From positions 66,774,001-66,838,000 of the forward strand of contig NC_043010.1 of NCBI RefSeq assembly GCF_006345805.1: 64,000 nucleotides of DNA, written 5' to 3'. Positions 55,301 through 61,967 of this stretch are shown in pieces. Numbering within the stretch: position 1 is the first letter of the stretch; each line of letters opens with the position of its first letter. The DNA comes from Octopus sinensis (taxonomy: Eukaryota). The notes below the pieces were generated by a model. The model saw only the letters and a list, made by a program, of their open reading frames with translations, did not search any database and was not told the DNA's origin. The translations under genes and the position numbers were made by a program.

Positions 55301-58300
55301 GTAGTATATAGCGATCAGACAATAAGTGTAAGCCAGTCAGAGCTTTAGTTTCAGCAATTTCAAGCTGGAAACTACAATATATATTGCTCTCATGTCCACC
55401 TTTCCATGCTTGCATGGGTCGAACAATTTATTGCAACAAGATTTAAATATGGCCAGATGCCCTTCCTGACACAGACACATCAAACAAAGTAATAATTCCC
55501 CATGGCTGGACATGTTTATGCAGAAGAAACGTTAGCACGCCGGGCGAAATGCCTAGCGGTATTTCGTCTGCCACTACACTCTGAGTTCAAATTCCGCCGA
55601 GGTCGACTTTGCCTTTCATCCTTTCGGGGTCGATTAAATAAGTACCAGTAAATCACTGGGGTCGATATAATTGACTTAATCCCCTTGTCTGTCCCCTCTA
55701 TGTTTAGCCCTCTGTGGGCAATAAAGAAATAAATATTGGAAACAAATGACAAGGCTTGTATGAGAGCAACATCCATTCATAACTAAACAATATATATATC
55801 ATCATCATCGTTTAATGTCCGTTCTCCATGCTAGCATGGGTTGGATGGTTTGACCTGGGATCTGGGAAGCCAGAAGGCTGCACCAGGCTCCAGTCTTATC
55901 TGGCAATGTTTCTACAGCTGGATGCCCTTCCTAACGCCAACCACTCCGAGTGTAGTGGGTCCTTATATATATATATAAGAGATAATGGTGTCATTGAGAC
56001 CCAAAGGTGTCAGCTAATGGTGAATAAGTGCTATAGACAGATCATAGTTAAGTTCCATATTCGGTAATATTGTGAACAAAGGGTTCAACATTGGTTCTAT
56101 GTCAGCGTGTGTATATAAGAATTATTTGCTTAATAAGATAAAAAGCCTTGGGTTTTTTTTATCGTATTACACAAAAAAATTCTTATATATAAACATATAC
56201 AATCTTCTTTCAACTTTCATCTACCAAATTCACCTACAGGGCTTTATTCGGCCTGAGACTTTCATAGAAGACACTTGGGCAACTTGCCTTGCAATGGATT
56301 TAACCAATGGGTCCCAACATTACTTAAAGTAATTGAAAATCATTGAGGTAAACTATTAGGTTAGATTTTTCTAAGGATATATATTTAAATATATCCAGCC
56401 CACTTTGAACTTATGTAAGGAAATAGTAAGATGAAAACTAACACAATATACACCAGATATACAGTTGTAATGGATAAACTTAAGGAAGTTGAGATACTAA
56501 ATGAAGAACCAGAAAACTTTTTAACACCCAGAATAGTGTGTGTGTGTGTATGTTATCATTTAACATCTGTTTTCCATGCTGGTATGGGTCAGACAGTTTG
56601 ACTGGAGCTGGTAGCCAGAGAGCTGCATGAGGCTCCAGCATGCTTTGGCATGGTGTCTATAGCTGGATGTCCTTCCTAACACCAACCACCCTACACAGTA
56701 TACTGGGTGTCTTTTATGTGTCATCGGCACTGGCCATGGCCTTGATTGCTTGTCATTGCCTCCATGAGACTCAACAACCAAAGATATTTCACCACCTTGT
56801 CCCACATCTTCCTGGGTCTACCTCTTCCACCGCTTCTTTCAACAATTGGAGATTGGCACATCTTTATATAGCTGTCCTTATCCATAGGCATCACACGACC
56901 ATACCAGCAGTCTTCTCTCTTGCACATCACACACAAATTTGAATTGACATTGCTATCCATTTGCTAGCTTTCTCCATTTACATGAGAGAATTTATACTCA
57001 ACTAGCAGTATCGCCCGGCGTTGCTCGGGTTTGTAAGCATTTTTAGAGAGTTTATTCCCTTTATATAACCTGAGCAAAAATCATTAAAAATGCGGAAAAA
57101 TGATGGTAAATTTTTTTTTTTAATTGTAGACTCATCGTAGACACGCGCTAATACCCAGAAGGGCTCGATATAAATGACTATAAGATACCCGCTTTTGGTT
57201 AAACTGCACCGCAAAATGTGGGAGTAGCTAGGAATCTAAATCGGAGGAGACAGAGTCTCACACACACAGCTTCAATTTTATATATAAAGATATCTATAAT
57301 AGAGATATTGAATACAACACATCTCGTGTAAAGGATATGACCTACATGCACGAGACAAAAACATGTACCACAAAAGCTGTACGACACACATGCACAACAC
57401 AAGAGTATTTATAAAATAATTCATGTGTCAAGGGTTATACATGTTTATTTCTCAACATCAAGAGAATAATTTACCAGTTTTTTGGGGGACAAAGCTTAGA
57501 GAGAAAAAAAAAACAAGAATAGTACAAAAGGATCTTTTTGGCTTGGAACTACCTCTTCTGATTTTACTGAAAATTTCTCCACAGTTATGGCTTGGTTTGC
57601 GAACATGTGCTTTCAAGTTCAGTCCCACTGTGTGCCACCTTGGGCAAGTGTCTGCTAATATAGTTCCAGATGACCACTGTCTTGTAAGTGAATCTGGTAG
57701 ACAGAAACTGCGGAAGCCTGTCTTTGTGCTTGCCACCCCCACCTGACAATTGGTGTTGGTTTGTTTAAACCACATTTAGTAATTTGGTAAAAAAAAAAGA
57801 CCAATAGACTAAGCACCGAACATAAAGGATGAAAATGTTGCTTTTTTTTTTTGCGCCAGTTATGAAAATCACAACCTTTTTTTGAGAAATTAATAATAAA
57901 ACAGTTCTGAGTGTTTAACCTTTTAATATTTAAACTGGTCACATCCAACCCAAATATTTAACCTGTTCTGTTAAAACCGGGCCAGGCCTGGCCTCTCACA
58001 CCTACCCTACAATGTCATTTTAAAAAAACAAACAATCACATCATCAAAGTCTCAAAGCCAAGGAGATAATCCATGATTAATTCAAAACAATGTGAATGAA
58101 TAAGCAGTTTAAATTCCGCCGAGGTAGACTTCACCTTTCAGCCCTTCGGGGGTCGATAAATTAAGTACCAGTTAAGTACTGGGGTCAAAGTAATTGACTA
58201 TCTCCCCGCACCCCCAAATTTCTGGATTTGTGCCTATAGTAAAAAGGATTACGTTTGACAGGAATCCGATTGCTAAAGGGTTAAAGACTGAAATGTTTTG

Positions 58301-61300
58301 TAATTTTTAGCCAATCAGATCCATCTTTTCCCTTCACACCATGGCGATGTCATGGAAACAGTCAAGTTTTTCTTTTTTTTCTGCATTTTTGAAATGGGAC
58401 AAAGGCAATCATAAATTACTCTTACTCTTTTACTTGTTTCAGTCATTTGACTGCGGCCATGCTGGAGCACCGCCTTTAATCGAGCAACTCGACTCCGGGA
58501 CTTATTCTTTTGTAAGCCCAGTACTTATTCTATCGGTCTCTTTTGCCGAACTGCTAAGTAACAGGGACATAAACACACCAGCAATGCTAGGGGGACAAAC
58601 ACAGACACACACATGCATACATATATACGACGGGCTTCTTTCAGTTTCCGTCTACCAAATCCACTCACAAGGCTTTGGACAGCCCGATGCTATAGTAGAA
58701 GACACTTGCCCAAGGTGCCACACAGTGGGACTGAACCCAGAACCATGTGGTTGGTAAACAAGCTATTTACCACACAGCCACTCCTGCGCCTTAGTTTTTG
58801 AAAAATAACAACATTATAAAGCCACTCCCCCACTCTCAAAAACTTCCCAAAACTTAATGGATGGAGACTTTCTCCTTTTTCCTGGGCGTGCAACCCTGTG
58901 GTTTGCCAGATCCTGACAAACAATCCAATGCATGATGGCATGGAAAAACAGACATTAAGGGTTAAATGATGAGGATTACAAAATCACTGATGCTGAAATA
59001 ATGAAAGTAATAAACTAATGTATTGCAAATAAATTTTGCCATACATTATAGGGGCAGGAGTGGCTGTGTGGTTAGCAGCTTGCTCACCAACCACATGGTT
59101 CTGGGTTCAGTCCCACTGCGTGGCACTTTGGGCAAGTGTCTTCTACTATAGCCTCAGGCTGACCAAAGCCTTGTGAGTAGATTTGGTAGATGGAAACTGA
59201 AAGAAGCCCGTCATATATACGTATGTGTGTGTATATGTTTGCCCCCCCCCCACCATCGCTTGACAACCGATGCTGGTGTGTTTACATCCCTGTAACTTAG
59301 CGGTTTGGCAAAAGAGACCAGTAGAATAAGTACTAGGCTTACAAAGAATAAGTCCTGGTGTCGAATTGCTCAACTAAAGGCGGTGCTCCAGCATGGCTGC
59401 AACAAGTAAAAGAGTAATACATCACAAACCATAACCCTTAGACGATTTCAGGTGGTCACTATATGATTCTGTACAAATAACACTGTCTGCTGGATGATAA
59501 GAATGGATAAATCCGATTGGATAAAATCCCCCCCCCCCCAATTCTATTTTAAAAGGTCACCGATTATCTTTTGTCAATTTCTCCAAAAATCTGAAACTAG
59601 TTGCGATATTCATTTAACTGGCAGGAAAAACTACATCCATGTAGAAATTCTCGATAGAACTGAAAGAGATATTCAAACCAAGAAGATCGTCACAACATTT
59701 AATGTAAGATAACAAAACAGCCATGAACATAAAACTAAAAAATATGAGAGAAAGAAGGGGTACTACTTAAGAAAAGCGGTCCCGGTGCGCGCTTGCTAGT
59801 CGTGACTAGACGATCCTTACTTTGTGTTTTTTTTTTTTTTTTTTACTTTGTTTAAAAAAATTATTTATTTTGTGTTTTATTTACTTTGCTAGGTAGTCGT
59901 CGTAGGATCGACTAGTCACGACTAGCTAGCGCGGATGCGCGCACCTGGCCCGCTTTTCTTATGTAGTACCGAAAGAAGGTTTGAAATGCTGATGTGAAAC
60001 AATCCTTAGGTGTTTTTTGTCAAAGTTCTAGGGGTTCATTGAAACAAATGCCAGCCAAGTTGGTCAAGAGAGGGGCTTTTTAAAAAAAATTTTTTTCTTT
60101 TTTATTACTGACGTTCTTCCATAATCACTCTTCTCAGCGCTTGTACAAACCAGAGAGGATTTAGTTCCATATTATATCATAACCGAGACTATGAATCTTG
60201 GTTTCAAGAAAACCACATTCCAAAACGTGCAGAGAGAGAGAGAGAGATCAACAAATTGTTATTTTTACATAACACACACTGTTAGCAATGTCATTTTCAA
60301 TCCATTTTTCCATGCATCGTAATTTATGCAGCAAATGCTATCAAGGGAGATAACCTCTTCAGTGTGCACAACTCGGGCAGACACGAAACTCCTTAATGCG
60401 ACCAATTCAAGGGTATATTTATGCATTTTTTTACACTTCCCTGTATACTGAAAATCACGAAGTTCGTATTTGATAAGGAATCAGGGTTTTGTTGATGCAA
60501 ACAGATATACTGGCTCGGCACAGATAACATTACTGGTGTCCTGTTTCATTTACCAATCATATCACCAAGCACAGGGAATGCCTGTCCCTTTGTTACCCCA
60601 TCAAAGTGTCCTGTTATTCTCGGCGGTGAACTTTTAGGTAAAAAAACCCCAGAAAAGTACAAGTTTAAAAAATTTTTGGGGGAATTTTCAAAATTTCCTT
60701 CTTGAAATTAGCCATCACTCATTTCAGCTTCACTCTCGCTAACCACATCGTTAGAATAGCTCTCGGCTTCGCTGGCCAAATATTCATCGCCACTGTCCAG
60801 GATTAATATAGAATTATCAGAATCACTTTCTTCCTCCTCCTCTTCGTCGTCATCCTCCTCCTCCTCATCATCATCTTCATCCCCACTGCTGTCATCATCA
60901 TCATCATCGTCGTCCTCATTGTCACCATTATCAGCCGAGCCATTGTTGCCAGCGTCACCACCAAAGGCGTCACCCTCACCAATCGTGTCACCAAATCCAC
61001 CGATCGTCCAGTCATCGTCATCTACATTGCCGCCAAAATGTGGTCCAATGTTGACATAGATAGTAGAAAACACACTACATCTTACCTCTTTGCTGACAGC
61101 ATCACTGTTTGCCCTCAACCTGTGCACATTTCCAAACGTTGTATTTGTACATTCAGTGAAGTTTGTGACAAATGTCTGATAAGTGGATTTCCCAATGCTG
61201 GCATTATCATTATCAGTAATATCCATTCTGCAGCTGTTGGCGGCATTCAATTTGGCAACGGCAGCTTCCGTTAATCCACTGTTACCTGCAGATATAATTA

Positions 61301-61967
61301 GATTTCAATTAGTTTTCTGACAACAATATTGATTTCAAATTTTGGCACAAGGCCAGCAATTTTGGGGGAGGGGCAAGCAGAGTCGATTAAATCGACCCCT
61401 AGTGCTCAACTGGCACTTATCTTATTGACCCTGAAAAGATGAAAAGCAAAGCTGACCTTGGCGGAATTTGAACTCAGAACGTCAAGATGGACAAAATGAC
61501 ACAAAGCCTGGTGTGCTAACAATTCTGCCCTTATTTCTGACAGCAATGGTGAAAGTATTTACAGGTGGTTGGTGGGGGAAGCATGTATAATCATTCATCC
61601 CCAACCCCCAATACCCCCATGTTCCAATCTCACCATTGTCATCTATACCTGAAACCTGCAGGACTTTCTGAATGGTAGGTATGCCTAATGAGAAATTACC
61701 CTTCTTTTTCTTGTCGGTAAGGCTGTCTGATGATGAGCCATGTCTCATGTGGCCCCTTTAAAAAAAAAAAAAAAAAAAAAAATTGCATATGCCTGACCAT
61801 AGCAAAATGCAGAACTCCTCCTAACATAACATAACTTGCCTTTTCCATCACTTTCAAACAGCCTGGTTTAGAGCAAGCTCAAATCCTTGCCAAAACGTTC
61901 AACCCCACTCTCTCCAAAAGTCTTACTCCACCCTTTGGGGCATTCTTTCAGAAGTTGATTGGGCCAT
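2025..61967 (-). CDS. RRP12: RRP12-like protein (nucleolar HEAT-repeat/NUC173 ribosome biogenesis factor); spliced gene, 3' end off the left edge
   Basis: Translated exons match remembered RRP12 motifs in order: [82 protein letters not shown]. All junctions are GT-AG and phases are consistent. Model c1-c31 totals 3582 nt (1194 aa). Confidence 0.95.
3026..3133 (-). CDS. RRP12: coding exon c30 (TKPSKP...[17 protein letters not shown])
   Basis: 108 nt, phase 1-1, AG/GTGAGT. Confidence 0.93.
4002..4335 (-). mobile_element. RTE 3'-end stub (one of many; others near 4852, 23190, 30965, 41435, 45075, 48950, 52425, 56555)
   Basis: (CAT)n-CGTTTAACGTCC...GGATGCC.TTCCTAACGCCAACCACTCC, the reverse complement of the LINE 3' end. 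Confidence 0.88.
4366..4571 (-). CDS. RRP12: coding exon c29 ([12 protein letters not shown]10..[16 protein letters not shown])
   Basis: 206 nt, phase 2-1, AG/GTATGT. Confidence 0.94.
6545..6700 (-). CDS. RRP12: coding exon c28 (YKAIYDL...[18 protein letters not shown]...)
   Basis: 156 nt, phase 2-2, AG/GTAGGC. Confidence 0.92.
7121..7212 (-). CDS. RRP12: coding exon c27 (MSTL...[17 protein letters not shown])
   Basis: 92 nt, phase 0-2, AG/GTAAAT. Confidence 0.93.
7815..7972 (-). CDS. RRP12: coding exon c26 (DVTPDLIE...[14 protein letters not shown]...)
   Basis: 158 nt, phase 1-0, AG/GTGAGA. Confidence 0.93.
9267..9374 (-). CDS. RRP12: coding exon c25 ([15 protein letters not shown]...IFDFK)
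   Basis: 108 nt, phase 1-1, AG/GTAAGT. Confidence 0.92.
9621..9975 (+). mobile_element. tRNA-derived SINE family S3
   Basis: TGGCCCAGTGG A-box, GGTTTCGATTCCC B-box; inserted between (TA)n tracts. Confidence 0.75.
9997..10386 (-). mobile_element. non-autonomous Helitron, subfamily H1
   Basis: Near-identical to 43663-44063; CTAG mutated; flanked by (TA)n. Confidence 0.75.
10393..10785 (+). mobile_element. maT/DD37D-like transposon 3' end with right TIR
   Basis: [13 protein letters not shown]...[28 protein letters not shown]; ends CACCCTG|TA. Confidence 0.85.
10855..10969 (-). CDS. RRP12: coding exon c24 ([20 protein letters not shown]...)
   Basis: 115 nt, phase 0-1, AG/GTAAGT. Confidence 0.94.
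13229..13309 (-). CDS. RRP12: coding exon c23 ([13 protein letters not shown]...IIPE)
   Basis: 81 nt, phase 0-0, AG/GTAAGA. Confidence 0.95.
13893..14117 (+). mobile_element. tRNA-headed SINE with a hammerhead-ribozyme-like body
   Basis: TGGCATAGTGG A-box, degenerate B-box; TSD AACATTTTCATT(A/G)TG; hammerhead motif at 14033-14078. Confidence 0.75.
14033..14078 (+). ncRNA. minimal type I hammerhead ribozyme motif (Penelope-type)
   Basis: GACAC-CTGATGA-A-GGCTG(10 nt)CAGCC-GAAA-TG-TT-GTGTT. Confidence 0.7.
15242..15400 (-). CDS. RRP12: coding exon c22 ([17 protein letters not shown]...SSKG)
   Basis: 159 nt, phase 0-0, AG/GTAAGT. Confidence 0.95.
15588..16139 (-). mobile_element. L1/Tx1-like ORF1 (RRM-type) 5' fragment
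   Basis: 183-aa open frame with V.L.FDS..EA..FA..PL....FLP.Y.G..LT...V.GLPP....EWI pattern; runs into (TA)n; homology from memory only. Confidence 0.55.
16270..16468. mobile_element. Tc1-like TIR ends back-to-back across a microsatellite
   Basis: GGTGTTTCCATTATTTTGTCCAACCCCTG (to 16368) and CAGGGGTTGGACAAAATA (16451-16468). Confidence 0.65.
16734..16827 (-). CDS. RRP12: coding exon c21 ([13 protein letters not shown]...SNLK)
   Basis: 94 nt, phase 2-0, AG/GTGAGC. Confidence 0.88.
17021..17809. mobile_element. hAT MITE containing two nested TTAA MITEs
   Basis: TIR CAGTGGTTCTCAA/TTGAGAACCCCTG; 8-bp TSD GGTTAGAT/GATTAGAT. Confidence 0.8.
17204..17423. mobile_element. piggyBac-like MITE family 1 (also 17455-17642, 35280-35538, 35570-35789, and near 31600, 32120, 36300)
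   Basis: TTAA|CCCTTT...AAAGGG|TTAA with a shared interior of about 220 bp. Confidence 0.8.
17877..18504 (+). mobile_element. RTE 3' fragment with 7 x 63-bp tandem units and (GAT)n tail
   Basis: AAAAAGCACC recurs every 63 bp (one shortened unit); same terminal about 170 bp as the LINE at 19628-22122. Confidence 0.9.
19063..19290 (+). mobile_element. SINE S1 monomer (others near 5490, 7310, 12630, 55525, 62130, 62480)
   Basis: Full head-to-AATAAAGAAAT copy. Confidence 0.85.
19376..19437 (-). CDS. RRP12: coding exon c20 ([20 protein letters not shown])
   Basis: 62 nt, phase 0-2, AG/GTAGCT; supplies the phase needed between c19 and c21. Confidence 0.8.
19620..20984 (+). CDS. RTE reverse transcriptase (C-terminal 454 aa, frame intact) with C4HC3 PHD-type finger
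   Basis: [57 protein letters not shown]; ATG at 19620 is probably not native. Confidence 0.92.
   Translation: MNRERVSLDEMQFGFVPGKSTTDAIFLVRQLQEKYLAKDKALYLAFVDMEKAFDRVPRSLIWWSMRKLGIEEWLVRAVQAMYRDAASKVRVGNECSEEFRVEVGVHQGSVLSPLLFIIVLQAITEEFKTGCPWELLYADDLALIAESLSELEKKFQVWKHGLESKGLRVNLAKIKVVISRKVDKSQTPSGRWPCSICRKGVGRNSIRCTKCKLWTHKRCSNVIGRLTRKMVFVCGRCSGALTSENLQKTTSVTFQGEKLEVVDSFRYLGDQVSSGGGCAESVTARVRIAWAKFRELLPLLVTKGLSLRVKGRLYDACVRTAMLHGSETWAVTAEDMRKLVRNEASMLRWMCNVSVHSRQSVSTLREKLDLRGIRCCVQERRLRWYGHVVRMDEDRCVKKCHTLAVEGTCGRGRPRKTWVEVVKHDLRTLGLTKEMTRDRDLWKYAVREKTRQDQ
19628..22122 (+). mobile_element. RTE-clade LINE, 5'-truncated, antisense in the RRP12 c19-c20 intron
   Basis: RT ORF, then a 3' UTR with tandem repeats, ending in a (GAT)n tail at about 22096-22122. 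Confidence 0.93.
21050..21925 (+). repeat. about 14 x 60-61 bp tandem array in the LINE 3' UTR, largely alternating A/B units
   Basis: Recurrent core CGTAAAAGCACC..TCCGTTCG..GCCAGC..CTGGC. Confidence 0.92.
22362..22516 (-). CDS. RRP12: coding exon c19 ([21 protein letters not shown]...)
   Basis: 155 nt, phase 1-0, AG/GTAGGT. Confidence 0.96.
22929..23040 (-). CDS. RRP12: coding exon c18 ([10 protein letters not shown]...RPQLR...)
   Basis: 112 nt, phase 0-1, AG/GTAAGT. Confidence 0.94.
23845..23896 (+). ncRNA. hammerhead-like motif with palindromic stem III
   Basis: GTCT-CTGGTGA-AGGG(..)TCCT-A-GAAA-CAGCTG-TA-AGAC; core A6>G. Confidence 0.6.
24317..24432 (-). CDS. RRP12: coding exon c17 ([10 protein letters not shown]...[13 protein letters not shown])
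   Basis: 116 nt, phase 1-0, AG/GTAAGA. Confidence 0.94.
25938..26059 (-). CDS. RRP12: coding exon c16 ([16 protein letters not shown]...)
   Basis: 122 nt, phase 2-1, AG/GTTAGT; LDFPRSWL motif. Confidence 0.95.
26159..26263. repeat. 23-bp minisatellite GGAGTGTGAGAAAGGGCGGAGAC, about 4.5 copies
   Basis: Directly visible. Confidence 0.92.
26648..26790 (-). CDS. RRP12: coding exon c15 ([12 protein letters not shown]...[13 protein letters not shown]...)
   Basis: 143 nt, phase 0-2, AG/GTAAGT. Confidence 0.94.
26889..27303 (-). mobile_element. SINE S1 head-to-tail dimer
   Basis: Two units; 18-bp TSD ATACCACTGAATG(A/C)TAGT. Confidence 0.88.
27858..27893 (-). CDS. RRP12: coding exon c14 ([12 protein letters not shown])
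   Basis: 36 nt, phase 0-0, AG/GTAAGT; fills the expected gap (human ACGRQAHPVMRK). Confidence 0.8.
28240..29053. mobile_element. foldback element / long-TIR MITE
   Basis: Inverted arms of about 285 bp (28240-28527 and 28765-29053) around a spacer of about 240 bp; TSD unclear. Confidence 0.85.
29137..29316 (-). CDS. RRP12: coding exon c13 (NVFKECV...[14 protein letters not shown]...LE)
   Basis: 180 nt, phase 0-0, AG/GTAAGA. Confidence 0.92.
30105..30216 (-). CDS. RRP12: coding exon c12 ([13 protein letters not shown]...TAADALQ)
   Basis: 112 nt, phase 2-0, AG/GTAACT. Confidence 0.92.
31483..31574 (-). CDS. RRP12: coding exon c11 (ALYDYQP...[14 protein letters not shown])
   Basis: 92 nt, phase 0-2, AG/GTAAGT. 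Confidence 0.93.
33516..33614 (-). CDS. RRP12: coding exon c10 ([11 protein letters not shown]...LNAQLIT)
   Basis: 99 nt, phase 0-0, AG/GTAAGT. Confidence 0.93.
33861..34248 (-). mobile_element. tRNA-derived SINE family S2 with CORE-like segment (others near 2579, 27390, 47935, 51177, 51746, 58420, 59050)
   Basis: GGAGTGGCTGTGTGG A-box, GGTTCAGTCCC B-box, GGCA(T/C)CTTGGGCAAGTG segment, internal (TA/TG)n, (AAAGAGT)n tail; TSD ACAGTA. Link to described octopus OR/OK SINEs is recalled, not verified. Confidence 0.85.
35055..35182 (-). CDS. RRP12: coding exon c9 ([15 protein letters not shown]...[10 protein letters not shown])
   Basis: 128 nt, phase 1-0, AG/GTAAGT. Confidence 0.92.
36678..36816 (-). 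CDS. RRP12: coding exon c8 ([15 protein letters not shown]...[13 protein letters not shown])
   Basis: 139 nt, phase 0-1, AG/GTAAGT. Confidence 0.92.
36966..37144. mobile_element. hAT MITE inserted in a tRNA-SINE head
   Basis: TIR CAGTGGTTTTCAA/TTGAAAAGCACTG; perfect 8-bp TSD GGTTAGGG. Confidence 0.88.
37617..37823 (+). mobile_element. short CR1 3' stub of the same family
   Basis: [28 protein letters not shown], then a TTAACTTAAC tail; near-identical to the 42938 copy. Confidence 0.88.
37935..38051 (-). CDS. RRP12: coding exon c7 ([12 protein letters not shown]...FITHKKPK)
   Basis: 117 nt, phase 0-0, AG/GTTAGT. Confidence 0.92.
38324..38429 (-). CDS. RRP12: coding exon c6 ([21 protein letters not shown]...)
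   Basis: 106 nt, phase 2-0, AG/GTAAGT. Confidence 0.92.
39321..39626 (-). mobile_element. non-autonomous Helitron, subfamily H2
   Basis: Same termini and interior as 57002-57290; A^T insertion site. Confidence 0.8.
40078..40138 (-). ncRNA. hammerhead-like motif, left arm of palindrome (sense to the RRP12 pre-mRNA)
   Basis: GATAA-CTGAAGA-GATG(..)CATC-C-GAAC-CTC-G-GAG-TT-TTATC. Confidence 0.6.
40171..40231 (+). ncRNA. hammerhead-like motif, right arm of palindrome
   Basis: GATAA-CTGGAGA-GATG(..)CATC-C-GAAA-CTC-G-GAG-TT-TTCTC. Confidence 0.6.
40403..40479 (-). CDS. RRP12: coding exon c5 ([25 protein letters not shown])
   Basis: 77 nt, phase 0-2, AG/GTAAGA. Confidence 0.9.
40643..41101. mobile_element. 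SINE S1 (+, 40743-40964) nested antisense inside SINE S1 (-)
   Basis: 16-bp TSD GGTACTTATTTAATCG at 40727-42 and 40965-80. Confidence 0.88.
41817..41900 (-). CDS. RRP12: coding exon c4 ([28 protein letters not shown])
   Basis: 84 nt, AG/GTAAGT, strong RRP12 motif. Confidence 0.95.
42938..43470 (-). mobile_element. CR1-clade LINE 3' fragment
   Basis: ORF 43012-43464: [42 protein letters not shown]; (TTAAC)n tail. Confidence 0.9.
43663..44063 (-). mobile_element. non-autonomous Helitron, subfamily H1
   Basis: Same 3' hairpin and CTAG as H2 but a different interior; matches 9997-10386. Confidence 0.75.
45640..47280 (+). mobile_element. degenerate Tc1/mariner (maT/DD37D-like) transposase, split by a SINE trimer
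   Basis: AKKLLNK..H.AE..YFSD.K.F.QDQ.HN..N.RWLA; [21 protein letters not shown]; HSAPCHT; after the [21 protein letters not shown]. Confidence 0.85.
46470..47043 (+). mobile_element. tRNA-derived SINE family S1, head-to-tail trimer
   Basis: GGCGGCGAGCTGGCAG head, GAGTTCAAATT B-box, three units; TSD AAGATGAAG. Confidence 0.88.
50764..50928. mobile_element. piggyBac-like MITE family 2 (also near 11015, 25680, 44833, 49545, 57920)
   Basis: TTAA|CCCTTT(A/G)GCATT...AATGCTAAAGGG|TT(A/G)A. Confidence 0.7.
52835..53085 (-). mobile_element. 3' fragment of a second RTE-like LINE family
   Basis: Minus-strand translation [23 protein letters not shown]...[23 protein letters not shown] with a stop. Confidence 0.65.
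55026..55378 (+). mobile_element. mariner 5' end (left TIR plus HTH start)
   Basis: TA|TTGGGTCATCC start; [36 protein letters not shown] from 55211. Confidence 0.85.
57002..57290 (-). mobile_element. non-autonomous Helitron, subfamily H2
   Basis: Minus strand: A|TC...CCCGAGCAACGCCGGG hairpin..CTAG|T, no TSD. Confidence 0.8.
59759..59970. mobile_element. Mutator-like MITE
   Basis: TIRs of about 60 bp starting GGTACTAC (31/34 identical at the ends); perfect 9-bp TSD GAAAGAAGG (59750-58, 59971-79). Confidence 0.85.
60708..61085 (-). CDS. in-frame acidic read-through of exon c3 (candidate alternative last exon, 125 aa)
   Basis: Frame stays open past the c3 donor to TAA at 60708; D/E-rich with mixed codons, not a pure microsatellite. 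Confidence 0.55.
   Translation of the reverse strand, partial: VRCSVFSTIYVNIGPHFGGNVDDDDWTIGGFGDTIGEGDAFGGDAGNNGSADNGDNEDDDDDDDDSSGDEDDDEEEEDDDEEEEEESDSDNSILILDSGDEYLASEAESYSNDVVSESEAEMSDG
61086..61285 (-). CDS. RRP12: coding exon c3 ([13 protein letters not shown]...[23 protein letters not shown])
   Basis: CTGCAG acceptor, GAG|GTAAGA donor, 200 nt; resembles human [20 protein letters not shown]..HKE. Confidence 0.8.
61649..61755 (-). CDS. RRP12: candidate coding exon c2 ([19 protein letters not shown]...VLQVS)
   Basis: Poly-T+AAG acceptor; CAG|GTATAG phase-1 donor joins c3 to give VSGNSGLT (human SGRSDLT); in-frame ATG at 61748. Confidence 0.55.
61927..61967 (-). CDS. RRP12: candidate coding exon c1 ([13 protein letters not shown])
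   Basis: ATG at 61967; GA|GTAAGA donor in phase 2 matches the phase needed by c2; no recognisable homology. Confidence 0.4.

Noticed and set aside
2102-61085. Intronic C/D snoRNAs (plausible in a ribosome-biogenesis gene)
   Set aside because: No convincing C box/D box pair with a terminal stem found by eye; needs snoscan or Infernal
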